Below, in pieces: positions 18,812-28,665 of a stretch of 64,000 nucleotides of DNA. Position 1 is the stretch's first letter, and the number at the start of each line of letters is the position of its first letter. The notes under the pieces were generated by a model, which was not told the origin of the DNA, made no database searches, and saw nothing but the letters and a program-made list of their open reading frames with translations. Source of the stretch: a virus; IMG/VR virus record IMGVR_UViG_3300034198_024209, positions 1-64,000 of that record; one strand, written 5' to 3'. The translations under genes and the position numbers were made by a program.

Positions 18812-19537
18812 ATGAAAAACTTCTACATAATTGGATGCGGTGGAGTATGTACTTACTTTTTGCCTGCATTTTTTAAAACAATAAATCATGATAAACGCTT
18901 TTCCGGCGCAACTACAACATTGATTGATGGGGATACCGTAGAGCAGAAAAATTTATTGAGACAAAACTTCTATCACCAAGATAGTGGCTCAAACTCAATT
19001 ATTGATGCCTATAAGTCTGAGGTCTTGGCAGAGCATTATTCCAGCCAATACCCAAATTTAATAATAGAATCTCAAGAAAACTACATTACTGATTCCTTAT
19101 TTGTTGAGGAAAAATCTTTTATATTTTGTTTTGTTGATAACCATCCCGCCAGGAAAGACGTTTTATCTGTAGTCGATATTTTTTCCTGCGATGCTATATT
19201 TGCAGCAAATTCCTCAATAAGTAGTCACGCTTATTATTATAATAGCAAAATGAAGGGCGGAAGTATGGATCCTAGAAATAGGTTCCCAGAAATATTGACA
19301 ATAGATACTGGAAGTCCTGTAAGGGCTGCTGGATGCGATACCGAAGTTAAGCTCAATGACGTCCCTCAAACAGCTATAGCAAACCAAATGGCCGCTACTC
19401 ATGCATTATTTATATGGAATTTCTGGGCAACAGAAAGCAAAAAAATGTCTAAAGAGGAGTCTTATGAAATTTGGCCAATAGAGTTTATGAACAACTCATG
19501 CAGATACACAACAATTGCAGTAGAAAACTTAAAATAA
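18812..19537 (+). CDS. E1/ThiF-like adenylating enzyme
   Basis: IIGCGG, IDGDTVEQKNLLRQNF, K, CFVDNHPAR; candidate catalytic Cys in AAGCD; QTAIANQMAA. Confidence 0.9.
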   Translation: MKNFYIIGCGGVCTYFLPAFFKTINHDKRFSGATTTLIDGDTVEQKNLLRQNFYHQDSGSNSIIDAYKSEVLAEHYSSQYPNLIIESQENYITDSLFVEEKSFIFCFVDNHPARKDVLSVVDIFSCDAIFAANSSISSHAYYYNSKMKGGSMDPRNRFPEILTIDTGSPVRAAGCDTEVKLNDVPQTAIANQMAATHALFIWNFWATESKKMSKEESYEIWPIEFMNNSCRYTTIAVENLK

Positions 19538-19540
19538 AAA

Positions 19541-21292
19541 ATGAGCACAGAAGAAACCACAATGAATGATTCATCCAAGTACGGACCATATGCTGGTTGC
19601 CAGATGTGGAAAAATCAATTGTATAATTCTACAATAAGTAATGTTTCTAGGCATAGAACCACAGATAGACATTCTATTTCTAATTACATGGATTATTCTG
19701 CTAGGCTAACAAAAACATTGTTGACTCCTATGGTGTATGGAGCAATTGGATTGCAGCATAGGCCTGAAAATCTATCAGATTCAAAGACCTGGTTGATGCC
19801 GGATTTCTTTGGCGATCCATTTCATCATCAAGTTCATCATATTTTTTATGATACATTGAAACCCTGTGGTTTTTATCACAATAAAGCTATAAACGCCTTG
19901 TGTAGATTGATAGTAAACTTATCGTTTGTTCGATATACTGTATTTTCTGAAACCAGGCAGATAAACAATAAAGCATTCCGGATTAAGAAAGGGCAATATA
20001 TAAGCGCGAGCACCCCAATAGAAGACAGAAATAGTAAGATTATCCATTCTGCAGTTGAAGCAAATAGTTGCAGACCCACACATTATTCAAGCAATTACTT
20101 TGAGTTTACTCATTTTGATTTGTCTGATATTTTTTTCTCATCTTATCTAATCTCAAATTCAGGTATTGGGTTGTTTATTCTGCCTAGTGGATCCGTGTTT
20201 TGGTTTAAGAAGAAGAATAAATGGGTTACATGTGTTTGCGAGTATGAAATGCCCAAAGCATTCCCAAGGGGCAACGTTAAAATCAATTTTAGGGAGATTG
20301 ATGAAGACGGAATTGCAAAAGATGAAATAATTTTTTGCTGTGTTCAGCGTGAACAATACTTGCATAAAACTATTGCAAAGATGATTAAAAACGACGAGAT
20401 TAGGATTGCCATAAGCAACATAAAATCAATTAATAATCCTGGAGCGTCAATCAGTTGTGGAATGCTTGCTTGCTCTATTAATGCGAATGCTATGTCGATG
20501 CTTATGAAAAATTTTCATTCATCTATTTTTGATCAATTAAAGATAAGGGCGCTTCAAAACACTAATATTAAAAAATTAAAAAATTTTGATGACTTAGTGG
20601 ATGCCATTGCAAAAAACAGGAGAAATCATCTCACCGCAATCCAGTATTCTGGCGAAACCATGTTGTTTGCTAGAAAGGAGGCTGTTAAAGCTTGCAATAA
20701 TAATACGCCATTATTCTGGGAACTTGGCGTAAAGATGGATTACATTACCAACGCTATACAAAAAGTTGTTAACGAACAAAATAGTTATTACTACAACTCA
20801 GATTTAGAAAGCTTTGGTATCAATCAAGAAATAAAACATTTGGTTGAACTTGATTATACATTCCCTAATTTATCCAGTAGCAAATTACAAAGATATATTC
20901 GCAATATGCAAAGTAGTAGTATAGCTATTGATATGAATAATGAGTCATGGTTAAGTTCAAACATGTATTCATATTTGAGAATCGATCCCAAGCATGTAAA
21001 AAATAGGACTACTCCTATTAATGTTAAAGTAAGCCTAGATGTTACTAAGACAGAAATCTGCAAATACAGTGTCGAGATGGATACATCTTATAATATACCT
21101 ACTCAAGTTAAAGAACTTGGAGAAAACGCTGTATCTAAATTTATAAAATATATTAGTACCGGTAAGGATAAGAAAAATTGGGACAAGGAAATTAAACAAA
21201 GCAAAGACTCACATAAAATAACCTCAAATAGTTTAAACAATGAGGAAAAAACGGAAGCAAAAATAAACAAAATAAAAGTATTACAAACATGA
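19541..21292 (+). CDS. Large hypothetical protein in the Ubl cluster
   Basis: 583 aa, between E1 and JAB, overlaps the JAB start. Confidence 0.7.
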   Translation: MSTEETTMNDSSKYGPYAGCQMWKNQLYNSTISNVSRHRTTDRHSISNYMDYSARLTKTLLTPMVYGAIGLQHRPENLSDSKTWLMPDFFGDPFHHQVHHIFYDTLKPCGFYHNKAINALCRLIVNLSFVRYTVFSETRQINNKAFRIKKGQYISASTPIEDRNSKIIHSAVEANSCRPTHYSSNYFEFTHFDLSDIFFSSYLISNSGIGLFILPSGSVFWFKKKNKWVTCVCEYEMPKAFPRGNVKINFREIDEDGIAKDEIIFCCVQREQYLHKTIAKMIKNDEIRIAISNIKSINNPGASISCGMLACSINANAMSMLMKNFHSSIFDQLKIRALQNTNIKKLKNFDDLVDAIAKNRRNHLTAIQYSGETMLFARKEAVKACNNNTPLFWELGVKMDYITNAIQKVVNEQNSYYYNSDLESFGINQEIKHLVELDYTFPNLSSSKLQRYIRNMQSSSIAIDMNNESWLSSNMYSYLRIDPKHVKNRTTPINVKVSLDVTKTEICKYSVEMDTSYNIPTQVKELGENAVSKFIKYISTGKDKKNWDKEIKQSKDSHKITSNSLNNEEKTEAKINKIKVLQT

Positions 21293-22488
21293 ATAAGTTA
21301 TACATACATAAGGGGATCCCCCTAATGGAAAAACAAGTAAACGACAAAGTAGCTGGTTTTTTTCCAGTAGAGTTTACTGAATTAAAAGAAGAACCAAAAG
21401 CTAAAGTTAATATTGGTAAAATCAGCCTTTCTCTTTGGAGGACAATTAACTTTTTCTTCAAGGCGGTAGCAATAAAAGAGAAATCAGAAGCACAAGTCCG
21501 CTTGTTTTATTCTGACGTAGACAGTCAATGGAAAGCTCATGCTTTTCCGCAAAAAGCAAATACTGGTATGACCACAAAAGAATTGTGCGATAATCCAGGT
21601 TTTCAGGGCCAGATGAACGAAATAATTGAGAACGGTAAGTACTATCAGTACGGTACTATTCACAGTCATGTTTATGCATCAGCATTTCAGTCTGGCGTAG
21701 ATAAAAATGACGAAGCAGGCTGTCCTGGAGTTCATATTACTATAGGAAAGTTGGACCAATCTAATATTGATATATCTCAAAGATTCACCGTAATTGTACC
21801 AGGGGTAATTTCTCAAGATGAACAAGGCAATGAGTTTGTTGTATCAAAAGCTAAGAAGTTTTTTATGCCAATTGATATGCAAAATTTTGTTCAGATTCCA
21901 GAGGATATTTATGGTTCAACAAAATCAGAGGAGTTGAGGAAAATTATATTTAATTTTGTTATATCAGAAAATTCTGAAGAGTTAGTGGATCATGAACTTG
22001 TAAAAAAATGGATGGAAAATAGGATTGAAGAAGAAGCTAAACCTGAAATAAAATATATTCTTCATAAGGATAAGGATGAATATGATCACTCCAGCTTCCA
22101 CTCAAAACAGTTGATGATGTTTGATTCATCAAATAAAGACTACAAAAAAGGTTCAAAAAAAAACAACAGATACAAAGTTCAAAACTGTATACCAAACTCT
22201 TCGACTTACAAGATTGGTGATAGACAAGATCTTGAAAGGTTGGTAAACAAAATTTGTTTACTGCACAAGATATCGCAAGCGGAATTATCCGAGATACTGC
22301 TCAGCAAACCCGAACCGGTTATGTTTGAAAAGTATATAAACCTATTTAATGACATAGATATAAATATTTTATCCATATATCAAATGTATGGATATTCTCT
22401 TGGCCTAGAAATACAAGACTGGGTACAAGAGAGAATGGCAAAAGCAACACAAGAACACAAAATATCGCAAATACTACAAGCACTATAA
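21289..22488 (+). CDS. JAB/MPN metallopeptidase
   Basis: SEAQV Glu; GTIHSHVYASAFQSGVDKNDE (HSH...S..D); GVHITIG. Confidence 0.85.
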   Translation: MNKLYIHKGIPLMEKQVNDKVAGFFPVEFTELKEEPKAKVNIGKISLSLWRTINFFFKAVAIKEKSEAQVRLFYSDVDSQWKAHAFPQKANTGMTTKELCDNPGFQGQMNEIIENGKYYQYGTIHSHVYASAFQSGVDKNDEAGCPGVHITIGKLDQSNIDISQRFTVIVPGVISQDEQGNEFVVSKAKKFFMPIDMQNFVQIPEDIYGSTKSEELRKIIFNFVISENSEELVDHELVKKWMENRIEEEAKPEIKYILHKDKDEYDHSSFHSKQLMMFDSSNKDYKKGSKKNNRYKVQNCIPNSSTYKIGDRQDLERLVNKICLLHKISQAELSEILLSKPEPVMFEKYINLFNDIDINILSIYQMYGYSLGLEIQDWVQERMAKATQEHKISQILQAL

Positions 22489-23483
22489 TGAAAACAAATA
22501 TAAAACACTGGATTGTTGATCAAATCGTAGACTCCCTACTTAAGACAAAGTATGATAAAGTTATTTTATCTATGGAATCTATATGCAATAAAAAATTTAA
22601 GGATATTTTTTATTTGCTTGATGACAATGACATGAAACGCATTGTTAATGAGCTTGCGCTCAAAAAGATTTTGATTAATCAAGATCTATTGTGGGAGGAC
22701 ACAATATTAAATAGTGTATTTAATATTGGGATGTATTCCCCAGACGATATGTATATTCCGCCATCAGAATATAGGTCATTTAATATTGACTCTTCTAGCT
22801 CTATCGATGTTATTAGCTGCAGCCCAACACCACAAAACATTAATCAACAGGCAACAAACCTAGTTCAAACTGCATATACAGGGGATTTTGAGGTAGACAT
22901 TGCAAACCTTGCAAATAAATACCCACATGCCTTGTTGATTGGATGCAAGAGTGAAGCGGAATGTTTATATGCATCAATGCTTCCAGCTTGGCAAAAATTG
23001 CTAAATGTAAAATGCATCGATCCAAAGAAAGCTTTGGCTGATGCAATAAACGAATATTGGGCAGAAGAAGTGGGAGCAGGTTCCTGCGTTGACAAGGACC
23101 AAATACTAACAGAATTGTTTGATTCTCTTGGATATGATTATCCATATTCAGGGACTTCTGACGACTATGATGATGAAGAAGAAGATATATCCACTTATGA
23201 GAAAAATAAATACGACAATGACGATGAAGACGACGATGAAGACGACGATGAAAGGTGCGAAATTTACGATGGTGATACTACGTGGGTAAGTGGATACGTA
23301 GACATGGAAAATGTCATGACACATACTGACTCGGGGCTAATTGCATATGTTTTCTCCTATAAGAAAACCGAAGAATGCAATGTCGCTATAGATAAAGAGT
23401 GCTTCATAGTAAAAGTGCCTAAAGGTTGCAATTCTACTGGCATTGTTTTGTTTAATGACCCAATAACAAAACAAAGATTGTAA
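22488..23483 (+). CDS. Acidic hypothetical protein
   Basis: Overlaps JAB stop; D/E tract. Confidence 0.65.
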   Translation: MKTNIKHWIVDQIVDSLLKTKYDKVILSMESICNKKFKDIFYLLDDNDMKRIVNELALKKILINQDLLWEDTILNSVFNIGMYSPDDMYIPPSEYRSFNIDSSSSIDVISCSPTPQNINQQATNLVQTAYTGDFEVDIANLANKYPHALLIGCKSEAECLYASMLPAWQKLLNVKCIDPKKALADAINEYWAEEVGAGSCVDKDQILTELFDSLGYDYPYSGTSDDYDDEEEDISTYEKNKYDNDDEDDDEDDDERCEIYDGDTTWVSGYVDMENVMTHTDSGLIAYVFSYKKTEECNVAIDKECFIVKVPKGCNSTGIVLFNDPITKQRL

Positions 23484-23484
23484 T

Positions 23485-23922
23485 ATGAATATACACTCAA
23501 CTTGTTATTCAAGTTTGAGTAATACGGTCAAGAAGGTAATAAACACCACCCATGTAAAACCGTGGGTGGTGTTTTTTTACTCCCCGGAAGAGGCTGGTGG
23601 TTCAATATTTTCTCCTTTCAGTATAAGCAGTATCTTTTCACTAGATAAAGATCGTCTTCTTTGCCTGGAGTGCTTTGAGTGTGACCCATTTCATCCGTTA
23701 TGCAGACCGTTTACAAATCAAACAGCCATTAAGATTAAATTTTTTTTAGATCCATTAATAAATAAAGACTGCAATTTAGTTGTAGCTTGCCCTATGGGCA
23801 AAATATCCTCAAGTGTTTCTATGGGGATAAATCAAAGATATAGTAACTGTAGTATAACCTTTTACGGTAAAAATATTACAATCAAAAGAATACAAAACTT
23901 AATGTTCTCAGAATTAGTATGA
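23485..23922 (+). CDS. Degenerate protein-tyrosine/dual-specificity phosphatase-like protein
   Basis: FTNQTAIKIKFFL...LVVACPMGKISS resembles VHCxAGxSRS without Arg. Confidence 0.45.
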   Translation: MNIHSTCYSSLSNTVKKVINTTHVKPWVVFFYSPEEAGGSIFSPFSISSIFSLDKDRLLCLECFECDPFHPLCRPFTNQTAIKIKFFLDPLINKDCNLVVACPMGKISSSVSMGINQRYSNCSITFYGKNITIKRIQNLMFSELV

Positions 23923-24428
23923 CAAAAGCGAAAGAAAATAGAATTGTCGCAGATATCACACAAATCAAACAAGGTGTTATTGCGCACCCAGTTTCACTTA
24001 ATCTTGAAAGTAAATACATAGGTGGATACTCTTCGACGCTTAGAAAAAGGTTCGGAAACGAGGCTTTTACTGGGTATGAGGTAACATGCAATAACTACAA
24101 AAACACTAATATACAAAATAGATCAGCATTCCTTAGGGGAACGCTAGGAAGCGTCGTTGTAGATAAAACATCAGTAAATAGCAATGTGTTTATTGCCCAT
24201 TTATTTTGTATGGAAAATTCAGACAATAAAAATTATGCAAATTCAATGGCAATATCAATTTGTATAGATAGACTTAGGGACATTGCCTCTCGAAAATTTA
24301 AAGATTTTTTTATATATTTCCCGTACAAAATGGCTTCAGGAATTTATGGTGGAAGCTGGAATATGATAGAGGAAGAGATAACTTCTAAGATCAAGAATTG
24401 TAAAATTTGTATATTACCTAAGACATGA
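23919..24428 (+). CDS. Macro domain protein (divergent)
   Basis: ADITQ..VIAHPV, LGSV, IAHLF, FPYKMASGIYGGSWNMIEE. Confidence 0.65.
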   Translation: MTKAKENRIVADITQIKQGVIAHPVSLNLESKYIGGYSSTLRKRFGNEAFTGYEVTCNNYKNTNIQNRSAFLRGTLGSVVVDKTSVNSNVFIAHLFCMENSDNKNYANSMAISICIDRLRDIASRKFKDFFIYFPYKMASGIYGGSWNMIEEEITSKIKNCKICILPKT

Positions 24429-25510
24429 ATTCGTTGCTTGATAAACTTAGAGGTAGTTATATCCCTAAGAAAAGATCCAAAAGATTCACTCCAAAATTAG
24501 TAAAAAAGTCTCGCAAAAAAAAATTAACTACATATAGAGATAGTAAGCCCCAAGAAAAATGGGTTATGCCGGATTTATCTTTATACGATATTGACAATTA
24601 TTTACCGGATCAAAAAGAACAGGACCTACCTGGAATAACTGATCATATATACAAAACACCCTCGACGCATATAGAGCTTCCCAGTTCATGGGAGGACAAC
24701 AGGACAGAAAAAAGAATAATTGATCAATTCCACTATAGATATCTTTCCCCAATTATTAGATATAATGTAAAAAATAAAATTACTACTACTGGTATAACTC
24801 TCCCCTCAGATGGATGGGTTTGGGAACAAGAATTAGCTAAAAACTTCAAAAAAATAGGAGCTAATTTTAACTTTATAGGAATAGAGGGAGCTAAAAAAGC
24901 TGATATATTAAAAAGATTTTTAGCAAAATCATATAAATTAAATCATTCCACGTACAATTTTAAGACCGAGTGTTATGTAGGTATCATGAGAGAATTGATG
25001 GAAAACATTAATTCAAGTAGATCAATAAAATTGAACTGCACCAATGAAAGGTGGTTTTATCCTGTAGATTTTATTTATGCTGATTTTATGGGATATTGGG
25101 CTGGTCCCTCCATAAATACTATCTTATCCATATTTTATGGGCCAAGAAAAATAAAGAAAGGTGGATGCTTTTTCATGTCTATATATTTAGCCAGAGGGAG
25201 CAAAGATAAAGACGTAAGGAGGGACACAATAGAGATAGGTAAAAATGTAAAAAAACAAATGGATCTAGGTCTTAACCACTTTAATATTCATGATTCAAAT
25301 TATCTATTAAGAGATTCCACAAAGAAATCAGGTGAATTATTTGATTTAGTCCGGGGCATAGGTGCATTTACGTGGAAAATGGCCCATAAGCAGGGAATCC
25401 AGTTGCTTGTTCACGATGTACAAATATACTACAACGAATACGTAAATGAATCCGGCAGAGAAGTAAGGTCTCCAATGGCTTCTTTTTACTTTACAAAACT
25501 CAACGATTAA
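24425..25510 (+). CDS. Possible SAM-dependent methyltransferase-like protein
   Basis: FIGIE, VDFIYADFMG, IKKGGCFFMS. Confidence 0.4.
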   Translation: MNSLLDKLRGSYIPKKRSKRFTPKLVKKSRKKKLTTYRDSKPQEKWVMPDLSLYDIDNYLPDQKEQDLPGITDHIYKTPSTHIELPSSWEDNRTEKRIIDQFHYRYLSPIIRYNVKNKITTTGITLPSDGWVWEQELAKNFKKIGANFNFIGIEGAKKADILKRFLAKSYKLNHSTYNFKTECYVGIMRELMENINSSRSIKLNCTNERWFYPVDFIYADFMGYWAGPSINTILSIFYGPRKIKKGGCFFMSIYLARGSKDKDVRRDTIEIGKNVKKQMDLGLNHFNIHDSNYLLRDSTKKSGELFDLVRGIGAFTWKMAHKQGIQLLVHDVQIYYNEYVNESGREVRSPMASFYFTKLND

Positions 25511-25680
25511 GTAAAAAAATAAATAGCTACACATAAAAATGGCTTCAGAAAAAAGAAAAAAAATACAGGAAGAAAAACAAAAAAGATTAGTTAAGCTAAA
25601 GAAAGTTTTAGCTGGTGGAAGTAAATATGCTGAAAAGCAAAGACTAAAAAGATTGGGGTCTCAACCTTAAGTGTAACTTC

Positions 25681-25764
25681 GGCGCGGTGGCGAAATGGCA
25701 GACGCAAAGGACTTAAAATCCTTTGGTTATAATGACCGTGTGGGTTCGAGTCCCACCCGCGCTA
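25681..25764 (+). tRNA. tRNA-Leu(UAA)
   Basis: Cloverleaf with AAGGA-CTTAAAA-TCCTT anticodon arm, long variable arm, GGTTCGAGTCC; no encoded CCA. Confidence 0.92.
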
Positions 25765-25786
25765 TTTACTACTTATATTTAAAATT

Positions 25787-26062
25787 ATGAAAAAGAAAAT
25801 AGAATCAGAACAACAATTATTTGTAAAATTTAACGAAGAAGAATCACGTGAACTGAATATCTACCCAGGGGATAAATTTTCAGTTAAAGAATTCGACAAT
25901 GGCAGCATTCTGCTTCAAAAATACGGAACTATTGAAATAGATATTTCATCCATGTCTCGTGACGTTCTTCAATTTTTGATTATAGAGTCTTGCAACAGGG
26001 ATGTATCGGTTAATGAAGTTTTTGAGGATGTTATTAAAAAGTCATTAGCCAAAATTGAATGA
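25787..26062 (+). CDS. AbrB-like small protein
   Basis: LFVKF...ELNIYPGDKFSV...SILLQK. Confidence 0.5.
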   Translation: MKKKIESEQQLFVKFNEEESRELNIYPGDKFSVKEFDNGSILLQKYGTIEIDISSMSRDVLQFLIIESCNRDVSVNEVFEDVIKKSLAKIE

Positions 26063-26835
26063 AAACTTTAGTTATACCAGACATACATCATAGGACTCGA
26101 AATGTAGATATAGCATTAAATGATAATGAATACGATGAAGTAGTGTTTCTTGGTGATTGGCTAGACTCGTTTTATGAGCCGCCATTAGTCACAAGTTTTG
26201 AGGATACGTGTATATATCTTAGGGATTTAGTGACAAGCCATAAAAATAAAGATAAATTTATTTTTCTAGTGGGTAACCATGACGTAAATTATATTTATTG
26301 TAACAATGGTCCATCCACGAAATCTTGTTCTAAGCTCTTACCATACTATTGTTCTGGCTTTACCACGAGCAAGGCAAAAAAATTTAGAAAAACATTTTTT
26401 GATAAAGGATTAAAAGATGATTTTTTCAGGAAAAATTTTAAGTTAGCTCATAGATCACAGGGATGGTCTTTTTCACACGCTGGAATAATTATGGAACATT
26501 TTCCATATGGATATAATATTGATAGATTAATTGAGACAGCTAATGATGCCTGGGCAAATTTTAGGGACTTATCGTATAGCTTCAATTATCTAGTCTCTTC
26601 AATTGGTGTGTGTAGGGGCGGCAGACAATCAGTGGGAGGACTTACTTGGTGTGACTGGATTAATGAGTTTTATCCATCTAGCTCAGTTGGCAAACAAATA
26701 TGTGGCCATACGACAGTTAGAGAACCTGAATGTATTGCAAAAGACACTGAATACGAAAGTTGGAATCTTGACACTGTTTTTCACTATGGCATCATAGAAG
26801 ATAGTGTTTTAAAAATTACGGAATATGCCCGTTAA
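26059..26835 (+). CDS. Calcineurin-like metallophosphoesterase
   Basis: PDIH, LGDWLD, GNHD, HAG, GHT. Confidence 0.9.
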   Translation: MKTLVIPDIHHRTRNVDIALNDNEYDEVVFLGDWLDSFYEPPLVTSFEDTCIYLRDLVTSHKNKDKFIFLVGNHDVNYIYCNNGPSTKSCSKLLPYYCSGFTTSKAKKFRKTFFDKGLKDDFFRKNFKLAHRSQGWSFSHAGIIMEHFPYGYNIDRLIETANDAWANFRDLSYSFNYLVSSIGVCRGGRQSVGGLTWCDWINEFYPSSSVGKQICGHTTVREPECIAKDTEYESWNLDTVFHYGIIEDSVLKITEYAR

Positions 26836-28084
26836 CAAGAATATATCCCAAACTATTACTCAGGCTTATTCTTTTGCAAGAAGAATGGCTCCCAAGAGAG
26901 TTTCGTCAATAGCGGCGAATAAAGAACCTCCAAGAGAATATAACAACAAATTAATATTGCTTGATAGGGCATTGCTCAAGACAGACTTCGCAAGACCCAT
27001 AATGCTTGACGTAACAACAATTGCAGTAGGCGCTCCAGGATGTAAAGACGTAGATGGGAACAAAATAGGTGCAATATATTTTTATAGAGGCGGTGTATAT
27101 GAAAATATAGATAAAAACTGGAAAAAAAAGTATAAGTTTTTCTACCCACTTACTGGAAACGAAGACCGCCTCCCGTTAGACGGGTCTTCAGTAGACTTCG
27201 GATTTTCCATTTCTCTGTCCGCGAGCGGAACCGTTATAGCCATTGGCGCTCCTGGAGAAAGGTCAGAAACTGGAGAGAGGACCGGAGCTGTATATGTATA
27301 TTCAGTTTCCGAAAATTTTAATTCACATACTCTAATGGCAAAAATTCTTCCACCGGACCCTACTGAATACAAAGAATTTGGTAGGTCTGTGGCTTTATCT
27401 GATGATGGTAGCTTATTGTTTGTTTGTGATAAAAAAATAAATAACTTGTCAAAAATTTACACATTTACTAGCTCAAGCGATAATTTGTCTAGCTGGTTTT
27501 TTGCAGGGAAAAGAAATACTAGAAACGAATTGGCCACGCATTACAACTATGAGACAAAAGTACTAAAAATAGACAAAACTCTTCCAGAAAGAATTGCATA
27601 CATGGACTCGACAGGGGGGTCAACTCCTTTCGTGTTTATGTGCAAAGAAAATGTGGATGTATTGACTATGACACAGTCAACTGAGGTAGTGTTCTGCACA
27701 AAAAATAAGATAGACAGAGAATTGAAAATTAAAGCTACTTTAGAGGATCCAAACTCATCTGTTTTGTCTGACTGTTTTGGTCATAGTATATGTGCAAGCC
27801 CCCCATATTTATATCGAGTGGGGGTGGGAGCTCCAGGGAAGGATAATCAAACTGGTTGTCTTTATGTATATATTTACGATGGAAAACAATTTCCGCTTTT
27901 TAATGTCCTGGTACCAGATGACGCCGAGGAAGGAGACAAATTTGGGTTTTCTTGCTCTAGTAGTAGCGAGCAGGAAAGTGTTCCTTGCCATTTATACGCA
28001 ATAGCAGATACGATATCGTCTGTTGGCCCATTCGAGAAAACTAGCGGTTGGTCAAGTTCTTACGTGTCTAGGTCTAAAAGATAG
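26825..28084 (+). CDS. FG-GAP repeat beta-propeller protein
   Basis: Repeated FG.S..., (V/I)GAPG, GAVYVY. Confidence 0.8.
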   Translation: MPVNKNISQTITQAYSFARRMAPKRVSSIAANKEPPREYNNKLILLDRALLKTDFARPIMLDVTTIAVGAPGCKDVDGNKIGAIYFYRGGVYENIDKNWKKKYKFFYPLTGNEDRLPLDGSSVDFGFSISLSASGTVIAIGAPGERSETGERTGAVYVYSVSENFNSHTLMAKILPPDPTEYKEFGRSVALSDDGSLLFVCDKKINNLSKIYTFTSSSDNLSSWFFAGKRNTRNELATHYNYETKVLKIDKTLPERIAYMDSTGGSTPFVFMCKENVDVLTMTQSTEVVFCTKNKIDRELKIKATLEDPNSSVLSDCFGHSICASPPYLYRVGVGAPGKDNQTGCLYVYIYDGKQFPLFNVLVPDDAEEGDKFGFSCSSSSEQESVPCHLYAIADTISSVGPFEKTSGWSSSYVSRSKR

Positions 28085-28090
28085 TGAATT

Positions 28091-28390
28091 ATGAATATAT
28101 ATAGCTTAATTAATCAAGACGTAGTAGATGCGAGATTTTTGCAAAACGATGAATTAAAAATGCTTGGATGGGAAAATAAACCCAATGCTATTGGGATATC
28201 AGTGGGCGGAGTGTTGCTTATTCCGGTTGTTTATGGAGAAGATGATAATGTGGCCATTGCTGACAATATACCCGCGCAATTCGAGTTCAGTTTTAATGAT
28301 GAGGTTATTTATCCAATCTCTGTAGGGTATTTGCAATATGGATCTCAGGGGCCTTCGAACGGGGCATCGGGCGCTACCGCTATGCCATAA
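28091..28390 (+). CDS. Hypothetical protein
   Basis: ORF track. Confidence 0.55.
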   Translation: MNIYSLINQDVVDARFLQNDELKMLGWENKPNAIGISVGGVLLIPVVYGEDDNVAIADNIPAQFEFSFNDEVIYPISVGYLQYGSQGPSNGASGATAMP

Positions 28391-28434
28391 ACAAAATTAT
28401 TGTTTTAAATGGCGCAAAACATTATATTAAAATT

Positions 28435-28656
28435 ATGAATAAATATACGAAAACATACATGAATGAGTTAATTAAATTAGCGGGAAGTCCGACAGATGAG
28501 CATATGATGTCTTTATCTGATCAAAAGTCTCCGGCAAAACCAGTAAAACCAACCACTCCAAAAAAAAGTGATGGACTAATTACGAAGATCCCAGGGCTAC
28601 CAGCTAACGCCAAACCTAGTGAGGCTGACCTAAATGACGCTGCGGGATATAAATAA
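28435..28656 (+). CDS. Small protein with MNKY...KLA leader
   Basis: ORF track. Confidence 0.55.
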   Translation: MNKYTKTYMNELIKLAGSPTDEHMMSLSDQKSPAKPVKPTTPKKSDGLITKIPGLPANAKPSEADLNDAAGYK

Positions 28657-28665
28657 ATATTATTT

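Noticed and set aside
17115-19537. ThiS/ThiF sulfur-transfer pathway
   Set aside because: The Ubl lacks GG, no thiamine or Moco genes are present, and E2 and JAB partners point to conjugation.
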